Source: Chiloscyllium plagiosum
Taxonomy: Eukaryota
Reading direction: 5' to 3'
Length of the DNA: 64,000 bases
Assembly: GCF_004010195.1 (NCBI RefSeq)
Contig: NC_057719.1
Span: forward strand, 47,865,748-47,929,747
Within the stretch, counting starts at the first letter, position 1. Each line of letters starts with the position of its first letter. Shown in pieces: positions 1-12,015 of the stretch. Below the pieces are notes generated by a model, which saw only the letters and a list, made by a program, of their open reading frames with translations, made no database searches and was not told the DNA's origin. Made by a program: the position numbers and the translations under genes.

Positions 1-438
1 TCCAGGGAACAGGAGAATCGACGTTTCGGGCATAAGCCCTTCTTCAGGAATGAGGAAGGTTTGTCCAGCAGGCTAAGATAAAAGGTAGGGAGGAGGGGCT
101 TGGGGGAGGGGCGTCGGAAATGTGATAGGTGGAAAGAGGTCAAGGTGAGGGTGATAGGTCAGACTGGGGTGGGGGCGGAGAGGTCAGGAAGAACCTGACC
201 TCTTCTTCCTGACCTCTCCGCCCCCACCCCCGTCTGACCTATCACCCTCACCTTGACCTCTTTCCACCTATCACATTTCCGACGCCCCTCCCCCAAGTCC
301 CTCCTCCCTACCTTTTATCTTAGCCTGCTGGACAAACTTTCCCCATTCCTGAAGAAGGGCTTATGCCCGAAACGTCGATTCTCCTGTTCCCTGGATGCTG
401 CCTGACCTGCTGCGCTTTTCCAGCAACACATTTCCAGC
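1..438. mobile_element. PLE family B: two terminal repeats in inverted orientation (long palindrome), each with a hammerhead motif
   Basis: 1-193 is the near-perfect reverse complement of 203-395; CTGAAGA-GGGC/GCCC-GAAACGTC occurs on both strands. Confidence 0.8.
345..380 (+). ncRNA. Minimal hammerhead ribozyme motif (PLE family B)
   Basis: CTGAAGA-AGGGC TTAT GCCC-GAAACGTC; weak stem I. Confidence 0.5.
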
Positions 439-779
439 ATTTAAATACAAGTATGCTTGCATTGGAGGCAATACTGTGTAGGCTTACACAATTAGTCTCA
501 AGGATGAGAAGGTTTGTTATGTTGAGAGGTAGAATAAATTGTATCTCTATTCTTTTGGACTTCAGAAGAATGAGGGATGGGTGGCATTAAAATATTTATG
601 ATAATAAAGATGCTTGAAGACATTGTTTTCTCTGGCTGTGAAATCCAAAACAAGAGAACACAGTTTCAAGATGAAGGGGCAGTCATTTAGAACTAAGGTG
701 ATAACTTTATTTCTGAACTTTAGAATTGGGAACTTGAATTCTCAATTGATTTTCAATTTTTAAACTTGAGAATCCTTGC

Positions 780-1360
780 AGTTTAATTTAGATAAACACG
801 AGGGGTAGCATTTTGGGTAAGGCGAACCAGGGCAGGACTTATTCAGTTAATGGTAGGGCCCTGGGGAGTGGTGTTGAACGGAGACACATCTAGGGTGCAG
901 GTTCATATATCCTTGAAAGTGGCATTGCAGGTAGACACTTGGTGAAGGTGGCACTTGGCATGCTTGCCTTCATTGGGCAGAGCATTGAGTATTGGGTTTG
1001 GGACATCCATATTATGGCTGTACAAGACATTGGTGAGGCCATCTTTGGAATACTGTGTACAACTCTAAGAAAGATGTTATTAAACTGGAAAAAGTGTGAA
1101 AAGATCTATAAGGGTTATACCAAGTGTGGAGGGTTTGAGTTATAAGGAGAAGTTGGATAAGCTAGGATTTTGTTCCTTAGATCATGGGAGTTTAAAGGGG
1201 GAACCTTTTTAGAGGTTTATAAAATGAGATAAGGTGAATAGCCCAGGTCTTTTCCCCAGGGTAAGGGAAGTCCAGAACTAGAGGTCCTAATTTTAAGGTG
1301 AGATGGTAAAGATTTAACAGGATCTGAGGGGCAACTTTTTCAAACACAGGGTGGTGTGTG
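780..1360 (+). mobile_element. CR1/HER1-type LINE 3' fragment (continues at 3106-3225 and about 3955-4030)
   Basis: Degenerate RT C-terminus (MLAFIGQSIEY..), same as other CR1 copies in the window. Confidence 0.8.
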
Positions 1361-1794
1361 TGTGATGGTGCTGTTCCTTTAACAGATTATGTTGTTCTTT
1401 GGTTTTTTTTCAATAGGGGTTGTAAAAGGCAGAGGTTCTCATTTGTCTGGGATTAGGGACTTCGCTAATGGTTAACAGATATTGCTTAAGAGAAAAGGCA
1501 TTTAGAGTTTAAAACACTTGTACAATGAAAGGGAAGTGGCCACTTCTCCCAGTTCAGAGTTTTTTCTGGTTTGTTTTGCTTTTAGCAAGGTGTCTGTTCG
1601 AAGCTTCTGGGGAGAAAAACGTTCCCTAATTCAACAAATGTTCCTGGTGCTCTCGGATCTCTCCAATAAGAACCTGGGTTTGAATTTACCTTTATTGCCA
1701 AGGGCGTGTTTATGGGAATGTTGCAGGAAATTGGAACAGCATCATTGAGTTGCGATATAGTCCGTTGGGTTTTCAGATAGGTTGTTATTCTATA

Positions 1795-2856
1795 GGAGCA
1801 GGAGAATCAACGTTTCTGGCAAGAGCACTTCATCAGTAATGAGGCTTGTGAGCCGAGGGTGTGGAGAGATAAATGGGGGAGGGGTGTGGAGCTGGGGGGA
1901 AGGGAACTGAGAGTGCGATAGGTGGGGATAATGGTGATAGATGGAGAGGGTTTGTGGAGCAGATAGGTGGGAAGGAAGATTGACAGGTCATGAGGGTGGT
2001 GCTGAGGTGGAAGGTTAGAATTTGGTGGGCGGCACGGTGGCACAGTGGTTAGCACTGCTGCCTCACAGCACCAGAGACCCGGTTTCAATTCCCGCCTCAG
2101 GCGACTGACTGTGTGGAGTTTGCACGTTCTCCCCGTGTCTGCATGGGTTTCCTCCGGGTGCTCCGGTTTCCTCCCACAGTCACAAAGATGTGCAGGGTCA
2201 GGTGAATTGGCCATGCTAAATTGCCCGTAGTGTTAGGTAAGGGGTAAATGTAGAGGTATGGGTGGATTTCGCTTCGGCGGGTCGGTGTGGACTTGTTGGG
2301 CCGAAGGGCCTGTTTCCACACTGTAATGTAATGTAATCTAATTGGGATAAGCTGGGTGGAGGGAAAATGAGGAAACCGGTCAAATCCGCATTGCCGTGTG
2401 GTTGGAGGGTCCCAAGGCAGAAGATGAAGGACCCTGCAACCACACAGCGACCGCCTCATCTTCCACCTTGGGAGCCTCCAACCACACGACATCAATGTGG
2501 ATTTCACCAGTTTCTTCAATTCCCCTCCTTACATCTTATCCCAGTTCCATTCTTCCAACTCGGCACTGCCCTCATGAACCATCCTACTGTCCGTCTTCCT
2601 TCCCATCTATCTGCTCCACCCTTCCCTGTGACCTTTCACCATTGCCCCCACCTCCATCTATTGCACTCTCAGCTATCTTCCCTCCCTCCCCATTTATGTC
2701 CCCAACCCTCGACTCTCGCCCCTCATTCCTGACGAAGGGCTCATGCCCAAACTGACAAATCTCCTGCTCCTCAGATGCTGCCTGAACTGCTATGCTTTTC
2801 TAGCACCCCACTCTCAACTCTGATCTCCAGCATCTGCAGTCCTCACTTTCTCCTAA
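1795..2856. mobile_element. PLE family B-like element with inverted termini, interrupted by an HE1 SINE
   Basis: Degenerate hammerhead ends near 1810 (-) and 2730 (+); duplicated gttattct flanks. Confidence 0.7.
2027..2341 (+). mobile_element. HE1-like tRNA-derived V-SINE
   Basis: A/B boxes, V-core gtggagtttgcacgttctccccgtgtctgc, CR1-like 3' tail. Confidence 0.88.
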
Positions 2857-3226
2857 GTTATTCTGTATGCTGTTGTCTTTTGTTGGTGTTTCATTTGGTA
2901 GTCATAGTCATGGAGATGTACAGCATAGAAACAGACCCTTCGGTCCAACTCGTCCATGCCGACCAGTAGTCTGTAAATAAATTCTGTTTTGTTTAACATT
3001 GAGTGGTTTGACCAGTGGAATCACTCCTGGAATATCCACTTTACATCTGCCTGGAACAACTAAAAATGTTCAGGTCTGGGCTACCTTCTGGCCTGGTCCA
3101 TAACACATGTATGGAATGAGCTGCCAGAAAGAATGGTACAGGTAAGTACAACTATAACATTTAAAACACATTTGGACAGGTACATGAGCAGGAAAGGTTT
3201 AGAGGGAAATGGGCCAAATGCAGTTA

Positions 3227-3951
3227 CAGAGGGACCTCGATTATCCGAATATCAGATTATCCAAAGGCGATCTCGAGGTCCCGATAGAAACATTACATCA
3301 AAGAGGTGTTTCAACACTGATTGCACCTTTTGTTTACACTGATTAACTCAGCTTACTGAAGTGCTGCCAAGAACAGACCTTGAAATCAACGGGAGCCCAG
3401 GCACTGTCTCCAAATGACTGACCTCCTGCCCTCCTTCCCTCTTTCTCTATCTCTCCCCCTACACCTTTCCCTGGAGTTCTATACAGGATTGAACCCTAAA
3501 CCCCCCTTCTCCAGATAATCTCTCTCACATTGTCCTGTGTAGGACAAAGGTCGAACTTGTTAAAAAGTGTGAAGTGTGTGTTTGTGTCTGTGCATGCGCA
3601 CACTGTTTGGAGACTTACCCCACAAAGGCAGCAGTCTTACTGCTGGTGTACAGTCCGGCTGTCCGGGAGGGGGAACGCTGGGTGGGGGTGAGGGTCAGAC
3701 GGTGAGTGGGGGGGGCAGTGTTGGATGGGCATGGCGGGGTGGAGGCAAAGTTGGATGGGGTTTGGGGGGGGCAGGAGGCGGTGTTGGGGAGGTAGGGTGC
3801 AGTGTGCTGCTGCCTCATCTCTTAAACAGGGACCAGACCTTGCAGAAAACTCCAAGCCCCAGAGGAGAGGCATTGAGTCGATTAACTGAATAATCAATTA
3901 TCTGAATGAAATGGTGCCTGCCATCTTGTTCGGATAATCAAGGTTCCTCTG
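3227..3951. mobile_element. Tc1/mariner-pogo (Tigger-like) MITE
   Basis: TIRs cagagggacctcgattatccgaa ... cggataatcaaggttcctctg; TA at left; second copy at 32063. Confidence 0.75.
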
Positions 3952-4494
3952 TCAATGGGACTGGTTCAGTTTAGGATACCTGGTTGGCATGGTTGGACCA
4001 AAGGCCCTGTTTCCTGAATGAGCCATGTCTACTGAGAGCTGGTCCACCTAGGGATGAAGGTATTTTCAGTCACCACCTAGGATCGCATGGGAATTTGGGA
4101 CTGTGGGTGGTATTGTGGGTTGGGGGGGTGGGGTCGTGCTGTTCGCATTACAAGAATGCAGTGATTAAGGGGAGAAAGTTGGGAGTCCATATTCAAGGTA
4201 ATGTGTTCTCTTGTTATTTAAGCCATTATCACTGTACATCTTGGGAGACACTTGTGCCCAGAGTTAGGGAAGGCGGCATGTGGCTTCAGTTTCATTTACC
4301 ACACTATTGGTTTAATTGTACTGTCAATAGTTGAGTTGGGTCTTTTACAAAAATATTGCGATAAGACCGGATTTTCTTTCTGCCAATTCAAGCTTTTAAC
4401 ATTCTAGAGTTAAATTTAATTTCAGTCAATCAAAAGGTTGGCCTACTACATTGTATAAGTAGGGTTGCAGCTCTGCTTTGGTATTGTCTGTTAA

Positions 4495-4801
4495 AGATTA
4501 GATTAGATTACATTACAGTGTGGAAACAGGCCCTTCGGCCCAACAAGTCCACACCGACCCGCCGAAGCGTACCCCACCCATACCCCTACATTTACCCTTT
4601 ACCTAACACTACGGGCAATTTAGCATGGCCAATTCACATCTTTGTGACTTGTGGGAGGAGACCGGAGCACCCGGAGGAAACCCACGCAGACACTGGGAGA
4701 AGGTGCAAACTCCACACAGTCAGTCGTCTGAGGGGGGAATTGAACCCAGGTCTCTGGCGCTGTGAGGCAGCAGTGCTAACCACTGTGCCACCATGCCGCC
4801 C
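4495..4801 (-). mobile_element. HE1-like V-SINE
   Basis: Reverse complement of the 2027 copy, (TTAGA)n tail. Confidence 0.88.
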
Positions 4802-5231
4802 ACAATGTTGACCACCAATTAAGGTATGTACAGTTTGTAAAGAAGCATAGAAGCGCACAGCATAGCAAGAGGCTCCATGAAAAACGCTTCCTGCAAGCTG
4901 AACAGCAATTGCAAAGTTCTTGTGCAGTTAACAAACTACCACCTTTTTAAGATACTCTGTGCGTCTGCTCAAAAAAAAATTATTTGTGGAGCTACGTACA
5001 TGGATTCTGTTTTGAAATGCAAAATGGTTTCAGGGAAATTTTGTCCGTAGATGGTCTCCCAGAGACTTAGCATTATACAGTGTAGTAAACTGTATTCTGT
5101 AACCTTGTGGCATCATTTGTGATTATTATATGCAAGATAGTAAATCTCTTTATAGGTATTTTTATAAATAAAAAGCAGAAAGTTTTCATCTACACTGTAC
5201 CCATTCTTTTGTTTTGTCCAGGTTGGTCACT

Positions 5232-7433
5232 ATGCACCTTAAGCCATATCCAAAGCTTCAAAAGAAAGATGCATCTCTTGAATCAAGCCAAGAGACACTT
5301 GGAGGGCTTTGCTCAAGCCAACATGCAGCTGTAAGAGTTGAAAGATGCCAGTCCACCTATAACAAACAGTCATGTTGTAAATCCATTGCAGTTAGTACAG
5401 TGGCATCTCACATCAGCTTATGGTGTCCAAGACCTTTTGGTTTCATTTCTCAAAATAAAATGTGCAATATGAGGAATCCAGCTGAAAATCTTGAGTTTAA
5501 GGGAAGAAAGAAACATGTGGCTGAAAATCTTCTGCCTCCTTCAATTCATCAAGAAGAAGGGGAGGCACCACTGGATATCTGGGCAGTCATAAAGCCTGGG
5601 AACACAAAGGAGAAAATTGCTTTCTTTGCAGCACATCAATGCAATAACAGGACTGGATCCATGAAAATAAAAAGCAGCTGGGATACTGAGGTCACAACTG
5701 CGAAACGCAGAAGGAAATCTGCGGATCTCGAGAAAGTAAAAAATCAACCAATGAGAATAAAAGATAATGTGAAGGATGTTGACAGAAGGTGTTTACATGC
5801 TGCCCCCCCAACAACCAGTAACAGTGAGGAGAATTCATCTGTCAATAATGAGAAACAAAATGGAGATGGATTGTGTCATAGTAGCACTCTTTCTGTAGCA
5901 GAAATGGTGGCTTTTCTAGAACAAAGGGCAAATTCACTGCTCCCAGACTGTAGCAAAACATTTACAAATGCCAGTGCTAACATATCAGGTATTGCACATT
6001 CAAAGGGAGGGTCCTCCTCATCAGAATCAATTTCTGCTACAGGTCCCGAATTTGATATAAACCATAAAATGTCAACTGAAAATAATAAACTACAAGGTGA
6101 GTATGTCCGGGTTATAGAAGTTATAGCTAAGTTGGAATCAGAATGCTTGAAAAACCAACCTGACAGAAGTGGGGAGAACCTGTCCAGGAATAATAGTTTT
6201 CGGAGAGGGGTGGGGAGGGTTTTGCTGACTGGTCAACACCAATCAGAACAAAGCATCAAGAGTGCCGAAGCTTTTACGGCATCCACAGGGGTATCCAAAG
6301 CAGGCAATAGTATTGGAGAGAACAAAAAACATTACAGCCACATAAGCAGAAGCTGTACTAATCAATGCACTGAACCTCAGGAGGATGCCATGCATGTTCC
6401 ATCTCCAGTTAGTAACATTTCAGGTGTTGTGTTGGATTTATCTAGCAAAGAGCTTTCATTAATCTGCAAAGAAACAGCATCGTTGCCAAACAATACTGGA
6501 GAAATTCTCGACGGTGATGTTGGGATACAAGAGGAGTTGTGTAAGCCCCCATCCCTATGTTGGGAAACTAACAAGTTTGTATCAAACTTTACTTTACCCA
6601 AGAATGTTAGGGGTGAGTATGCAAATGACTTTACTGTTGATGAGGAGCTGGTGGCCTGTAGGGTGAATGAGGAAACTGATTGCAAATCAGTAATTAGATC
6701 TAATTGGGAAGAGTCTAATCCTTGTGAGGAACCACTTCCTGGAGAATTATTTTTCACACTTGAACAGTCCCATGTGGAAAACTTAGATTCAAATGAAAAT
6801 ACTACTGAGGAACTCCAGGATGTTGCACAATGCAAGGTTGACTTTCTGACTGCTGAAAGGAAAAAATTTGACAAAAGTTGCTTAGAAGCAGGTCAGGGTG
6901 ATTCTTGTATCTCTTTGAAAACCACTTGCCCTTCATTAACTGAACTCTTTCCGTTAAGAAGACAAGTATCTCATGAATTTCTAGAAATGCGTTTCAAAAT
7001 CCAACAGCTTCTTGAACCTCGGCAGTACATGGCCTTTTTACCACACCACATTATGGTGAAGATATTTATGTTCCTCCCTACCAAAACCCTGGCATCTCTG
7101 AAATGCACATGCCATTATTTTAAGTTCATAATAGAAAACTATGATATTAGAGCAACAGATTCACGCTGGGTTTGTGACCCGCGATACAAGGATGATCCAT
7201 GCAAGCAGTGTAAAAAGCATTACTCAAAAGGAGATGTATCACCATGTCGGTGGCATTCAAAACCCTATTACAAAGTTTTACCCTATGGGCGTTCATACTG
7301 GATGTGTTGTTGGCAAACAGAAAAAGATTCACCGGGCTGTAAAATTGGGCTTCATGATAATAATTGGGTGCAGTCCTGTAATCATATTCAACAAATATGT
7401 GAAAAAGCGAAAAAGAATGGAGATGGGATGTGA
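5232..7433 (+). CDS. FBXO34: F-box only protein 34, single coding exon, 733 aa
   Basis: Starts MHLKPYPKLQKK (ATG at 5232) just after a splice acceptor (ttcttttgttttgtccag, exon starts at 5222). Contains the FBXO34/46 motifs PLDIWAVIKPGNTKEKIAFF and LSVAEMVAFLEQRA, an F-box (LPHHIMVKIFMFLPTKTLASLKCTC) and a Cys/His-rich C-terminus. Adjacent to ATG14. Confidence 0.96.
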   Translation: MHLKPYPKLQKKDASLESSQETLGGLCSSQHAAVRVERCQSTYNKQSCCKSIAVSTVASHISLWCPRPFGFISQNKMCNMRNPAENLEFKGRKKHVAENLLPPSIHQEEGEAPLDIWAVIKPGNTKEKIAFFAAHQCNNRTGSMKIKSSWDTEVTTAKRRRKSADLEKVKNQPMRIKDNVKDVDRRCLHAAPPTTSNSEENSSVNNEKQNGDGLCHSSTLSVAEMVAFLEQRANSLLPDCSKTFTNASANISGIAHSKGGSSSSESISATGPEFDINHKMSTENNKLQGEYVRVIEVIAKLESECLKNQPDRSGENLSRNNSFRRGVGRVLLTGQHQSEQSIKSAEAFTASTGVSKAGNSIGENKKHYSHISRSCTNQCTEPQEDAMHVPSPVSNISGVVLDLSSKELSLICKETASLPNNTGEILDGDVGIQEELCKPPSLCWETNKFVSNFTLPKNVRGEYANDFTVDEELVACRVNEETDCKSVIRSNWEESNPCEEPLPGELFFTLEQSHVENLDSNENTTEELQDVAQCKVDFLTAERKKFDKSCLEAGQGDSCISLKTTCPSLTELFPLRRQVSHEFLEMRFKIQQLLEPRQYMAFLPHHIMVKIFMFLPTKTLASLKCTCHYFKFIIENYDIRATDSRWVCDPRYKDDPCKQCKKHYSKGDVSPCRWHSKPYYKVLPYGRSYWMCCWQTEKDSPGCKIGLHDNNWVQSCNHIQQICEKAKKNGDGM

Positions 7434-10429
7434 TTTTTTTTTAAACTTGGTGGATTTGTTTTTTTCTGGCTAGAGACCTAGGAAAATTCCTGTTGGACGG
7501 TCTGTAGAGATTGGAATATTGTCAGTCCTGCACTGTTTACATTGTACAGTACGATCATATTGGCTTATATGAATCTGCATGTACAGAACTGCAGCACCTG
7601 TTAGCTGTGCAAGGTGTACAGTATTTGCTCTATCATGTGTTTGATCAATGATAGTATTGTACTGTTAATGTAGCTGGCACAGCAACAAATCACTACAATG
7701 CAGCTAGATCAATGTTGCAATTAGTCTGTTTTAAATATCGGTCTTTATTTTGAATAGTTTGTATATTCTATCTAAAATTACATTTAATGAAAATACAAAG
7801 TATTGGTGTGGGAATGAGCTCAAATGCATCTTAACAAAATTGGTCATTTAAGATATGGTTAGAATTCTAGTCAAATGTTGCAATACAATGTTGGGGCAAA
7901 TACATGAAAAAATGTTGGCATTACAAAATTACAGGTTATGCAAAATGGCTTGAAATCTTTTTCTGTAATGTTGCTTGGATTCTCAGTTTTTATTTTTGCT
8001 GTTGGTGCTTTGGATTGAGTTGCAATGATTTTGGTGAACCCTTTTCTAGTCTTTAAAGAAATTATGTGAAAGTTTACATGCTTCTGTGTTTTGAAAATCT
8101 CATTCATGTAGTTGTGAAGTGTAAGGATATTCACTAAGTGCTTTCAACAAGATACTTTGCACTATGCGAAATATGATTTTTTCCCCCCCTTTTTGTACAT
8201 CTTTTGGTTCTTGAAAGCACCTGTATTCATACTTTTGCTATTTAGTCAATAAATAGATACACTCCCTTTAATAGTCATCTAAAACCAGAAACAGTTGATA
8301 CCTTAAGTGGAGGATTGCATATACCATTATCAGTTCAGTGACTCAAGTTTTGTAATTAAAATAAACCAGTTTCTGTGTTAAAATAAAATGCAATTCAAGT
8401 TTCAATCAAAAACAAAAGTCATATGCCATGGTAAATAGTGTTTTGATCCAACTGATATAAATTTGCCACATTTAAAGTTTTATTAATTGATGAGGACTAA
8501 CAATCTATTTTAAACTTTCTGCAAAAAAACCCACAACACTCAAAATTGTGACTTAGAGTGGAAAAATGTGATCTCATCTCCAAAGACTATTCAGAACAGC
8601 CCATGTTCAAATCCAAGCAACATATAAAATTATTATGGTTTCATAATTACATGAACTGCAATGCTGAAGTATCATTTCAGGATCCTTGGTAGTTTTATAT
8701 TTTGAATTCCAGTCAAAAGTTCTAATTCCTGTTTGACTTTAAAATGATTCATTTTAAGTCCTCCTCCTCCTTTGCACATCTCAAATAAAAAAAAAATTGT
8801 GAAATAATTATCTCATCTCTTTGGCACAGTCTGAATCAGTTGTGGACAATTTTACATGTGTGTGTATATGTGCACGCATATTTTTACTCATCTAACGTGA
8901 TGTTTTCCTTCAAATGCCATCTCAGTTCATACCCTGGTGTGAGTTGTTGATTTTTCTCAACCTGGGGATAAATATTTTTAATTTTTACAATATTTTCCTC
9001 TTTAATTGCATTAATGAAAATGTTCAGCATTGTGAAACAGTGGTGAATTTTGAAGTTTACACAGGAAGCAGTGGGAACATTGAACAGGTTAGAAAGCATT
9101 TATGGAGAGAGAGAGGTAGGGATCTGATGAAAGATTGTCAGCCTGATAAATGAATTGTATATTTCTTTCTCTATGGATGCTACTTGGCTTGTTGAATTTT
9201 TTTTTCCAGATTTCCAGCATGTGGAGTATTTTACTCTGTTTAAAGCTGAAAAGAATTGTGCCTAGTTGCCCCATAATAAGAATGCTGCCTATTTTTCAAA
9301 ACGTTCAATGTCTGTAACACTCCCAAATCTAGTTTGTAAAGATCTGATGCATTCATTTTTCTAAGTAAATCTTAAAGCACTTTTACTGCCTTTGCAAGTT
9401 TGGGGTACATGATTTGATTATGTATCTATACATCTGTTCTCAATTGTAGTCAAAACTAGGATTTCATTTTTGCATTAGTAGTCATGTTAACATGTACATT
9501 ACTTTGAATTTTATTACTTATAGAAAGTATCCCATCAAATGCAATAAATCTGATACATGAGCATGTGTTTTTATTTAATTTTTGATTACCAGTGCACTTC
9601 ATTTTCAGATGGTGCCTAAAATCATTCACCAGTTTGCTTGCTATGGTCTCTGCATAACCTGTAACTCTTTGTTTTGGAGTGTATTTTGCCTCAATCAAAC
9701 TTCTTTGCAGCTTACTCCAAACACATGGACATTGAGTGTTCGATGTTGCAAGCATCTCTATTTACGTTACTTCAGCAGTTAAGATACGCAATTGTGCAGC
9801 TGCTGTTTGTGTGTCATGTACATTAACTTGCAATTTTCTATAAGCTTAAAAGAAGTTGTAACATGAATAAAATGGGACATTAATTAAAAAAAAATACTGG
9901 TTGTAAATGTTTGGTACCTAATATAGAAATACATTATATCCCCATTTATGGATTAGAACTTTTAAAGTAGCCTTTCTTTATTGTAAGCACTAATCAATAT
10001 TATAATGGAAGCTGTATCAGACTCCAAATATTCTATTTGTTAATAAAGCCAAGTTTTGGGTTGATTATAATTTAATCAACTTTTCATCATAGAAATGACT
10101 TGATCTTGATTTTTGGCTGTAGTTTTTACAATTACACCAATACAGAAGACTCATTGTTAAGAATTTTGTTCTGGAATTAGCTCTTAGTTCAGAATTATGA
10201 GCCTTTGGTCACATATTTTGTTGTCCCCTTTTCTGTAATGTTCATATACTTTACATCACTGAGTATTTCTATCCATCATGCCCATATTGTCGCCTTTTCA
10301 TTTTTTTAAGATAAAAGTGTCCACTGAATTCCAACTGAGTTTTTCAACAATAACTGAGTAACTCTTGTGTTGATTTGATGCACAACTGCACCATTTAATT
10401 CTCTAGAGTTTAGAAAGTTATGGGATGGG

Positions 10430-11380
10430 AGATCCAAGATGACGGCAATCCAGTAGGTCTACCCTTGTTGAGCTCTGCAGCATAACCCAGGCAATGTGGT
10501 GTATTTATTTTTTTTTAAAGCTATTGTAGCAAAAATTGGCAGTCTTAGATCCCCAGAATTGCTGTGTATTAGTTTTGCTGATCAGGGAAGATGACCAAAG
10601 GAAAAGGGCCGTGAGGATTGTAACAAGCAGGGCGCACCCCTGCAGCTACGGACATGCCCACAGCTGCAGTGTCTGCCTCAGTGAACGTTCCTATGGGTTT
10701 ACCTGCGCAGCAGAGCCTGGTCTCCGAGTTTATGAAACTTTGATTCAGCAAAGAAGATCTGGACCAGGCTGGAACCATTCTCGCTCATGCTGCAGAACCA
10801 TGAGCAGGAGATCCAGTGTCTCAGGCAGTGTGTGGTGGAGGTGGAGCAACAGACCGCAGCTTCAGAAAGCGTGGCAGAATCCTCGGCGGGTCAGGTTCAG
10901 GCCCGGGAAAGGCAGGTACGGGCCTTCGTGTAGCAGGTCGATGACCTCAAATTAAGGCATATGAACATCCGTCTGATTGTGCTGTCAGAACAGGAGGATG
11001 AAGGCCAACTAATCAGCTTTCTGGAGTAACTGCTCCCACAGTTCTTTTAGGCTGTAAGTTGAAGCGGGCTGGGTGCGAATCACTTAGGTCTGTTCCTAGT
11101 GTGACTCCAGCACGCAAGACAAGCAAATGGTGTTAGAAGCTTCTGGAGCACTAAGGAAGAATCCACAGGCCTTGATATACAAGGGATCAAAAATTGTTTT
11201 TCCAGGACTTTTCTGCGGCTGTGATCTGCAAGAGGAAGGCCTTTGGAGGTAAAGAAGAAGCTAAGGGACTTGAATATTCAGTACTCTGTTAGAGATCCGG
11301 CAGTGTATCTGAGGGTCTGTGTTTAATTTTGACTCCTCAGAAAAGGCAAAGAGCTTCCTGGACACATTTAAGATAGACTG
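10430..11380 (+). mobile_element. Degenerate L1/Tx1-clade 5'UTR + ORF1 (no ORF2 visible)
   Basis: Frameshifted translation VDDLK..NIRLIVLSE..EGQLISFLE*LLP, KQMVLEASGAL..IYKGSKI.FQDFSAAVICKRKAF, EVKKKLRDLNIQYS...FDSSEKAKSFL, resembling the L1 ORF1p RRM and CTD. Confidence 0.7.
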
Positions 11381-12015
11381 GCTGGTTCAAGTAATACGGA
11401 CAATAGTGCTTTCTTTGTTTTCTCTATGGTTTACCTGGTTTTGCTCTTTTAATATGTGGGGCTCTTTTTTTCTTTTCCCTTCCTTCTCCCCTTGCGTTGT
11501 ATTTTTTTCTTCTATTATTTTACAGTGAAGATAACTGCATGATTAAGAAGTTCATATTCCTCAACCCATTCGATTGCTCAAATTTAACCATCAAATATTT
11601 AAGGAACAAATATTTGCCTTGATTTACTCAATGAATTCCCTAGCCAACAGCAGTCTAAATTAATTGGCCCAATGAAGCAAATAGTGGTAAAATACTTTGT
11701 CTCATCAGACTAGGACTAGTCTCTAAAATGTAAATCTGCACATGCCATAACTACATTAAGAAAAATGCATTGTTTTCAGTCACCAAACCCCACATGAAAT
11801 TCAAAGTACCAGTTGCTACTGTATAAAGTGTACTACTTAAATTGGAGGACTAATAAAAGGTCAGTATGCCAGACTACCACTGTGCCCCTTTATCTGCTGG
11901 CTTGGTGGTGAGGTTGGGATTGGAGCAGAGGGAGTAGGGTTCACCTATCCACTCCACCCCCCCACCTGACCTATCACCTTCATCCCCTCCCCCACTGTAC
12001 ACTATGCTACTATGT

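Larger units (their letters stand above)
1361..3105. mobile_element. Probable solo LTR (TGT...ACA), interrupted by a PLE and a SINE
   Basis: Splits a CR1 copy at ggtggtgtgtg|...|catgtatggaatgag. TG..CA termini; flanks TGTG/CATG are consistent with a CpG-decayed CGTG 4-bp TSD. Confidence 0.55.

Noticed and set aside
2027..2100. tRNA gene-like A/B boxes
   Set aside because: They are SINE heads followed by the V-core, not functional tRNAs.
1807..2519. Recurring ORFs such as [17 protein letters not shown] and [13 protein letters not shown]
   Set aside because: These are translations of HE1 SINE copies, not genes.
5214..5231. ORF-track start of FBXO34 at TTG 5214
   Set aside because: It overlaps the splice acceptor; the conserved N-terminus begins at ATG 5232.
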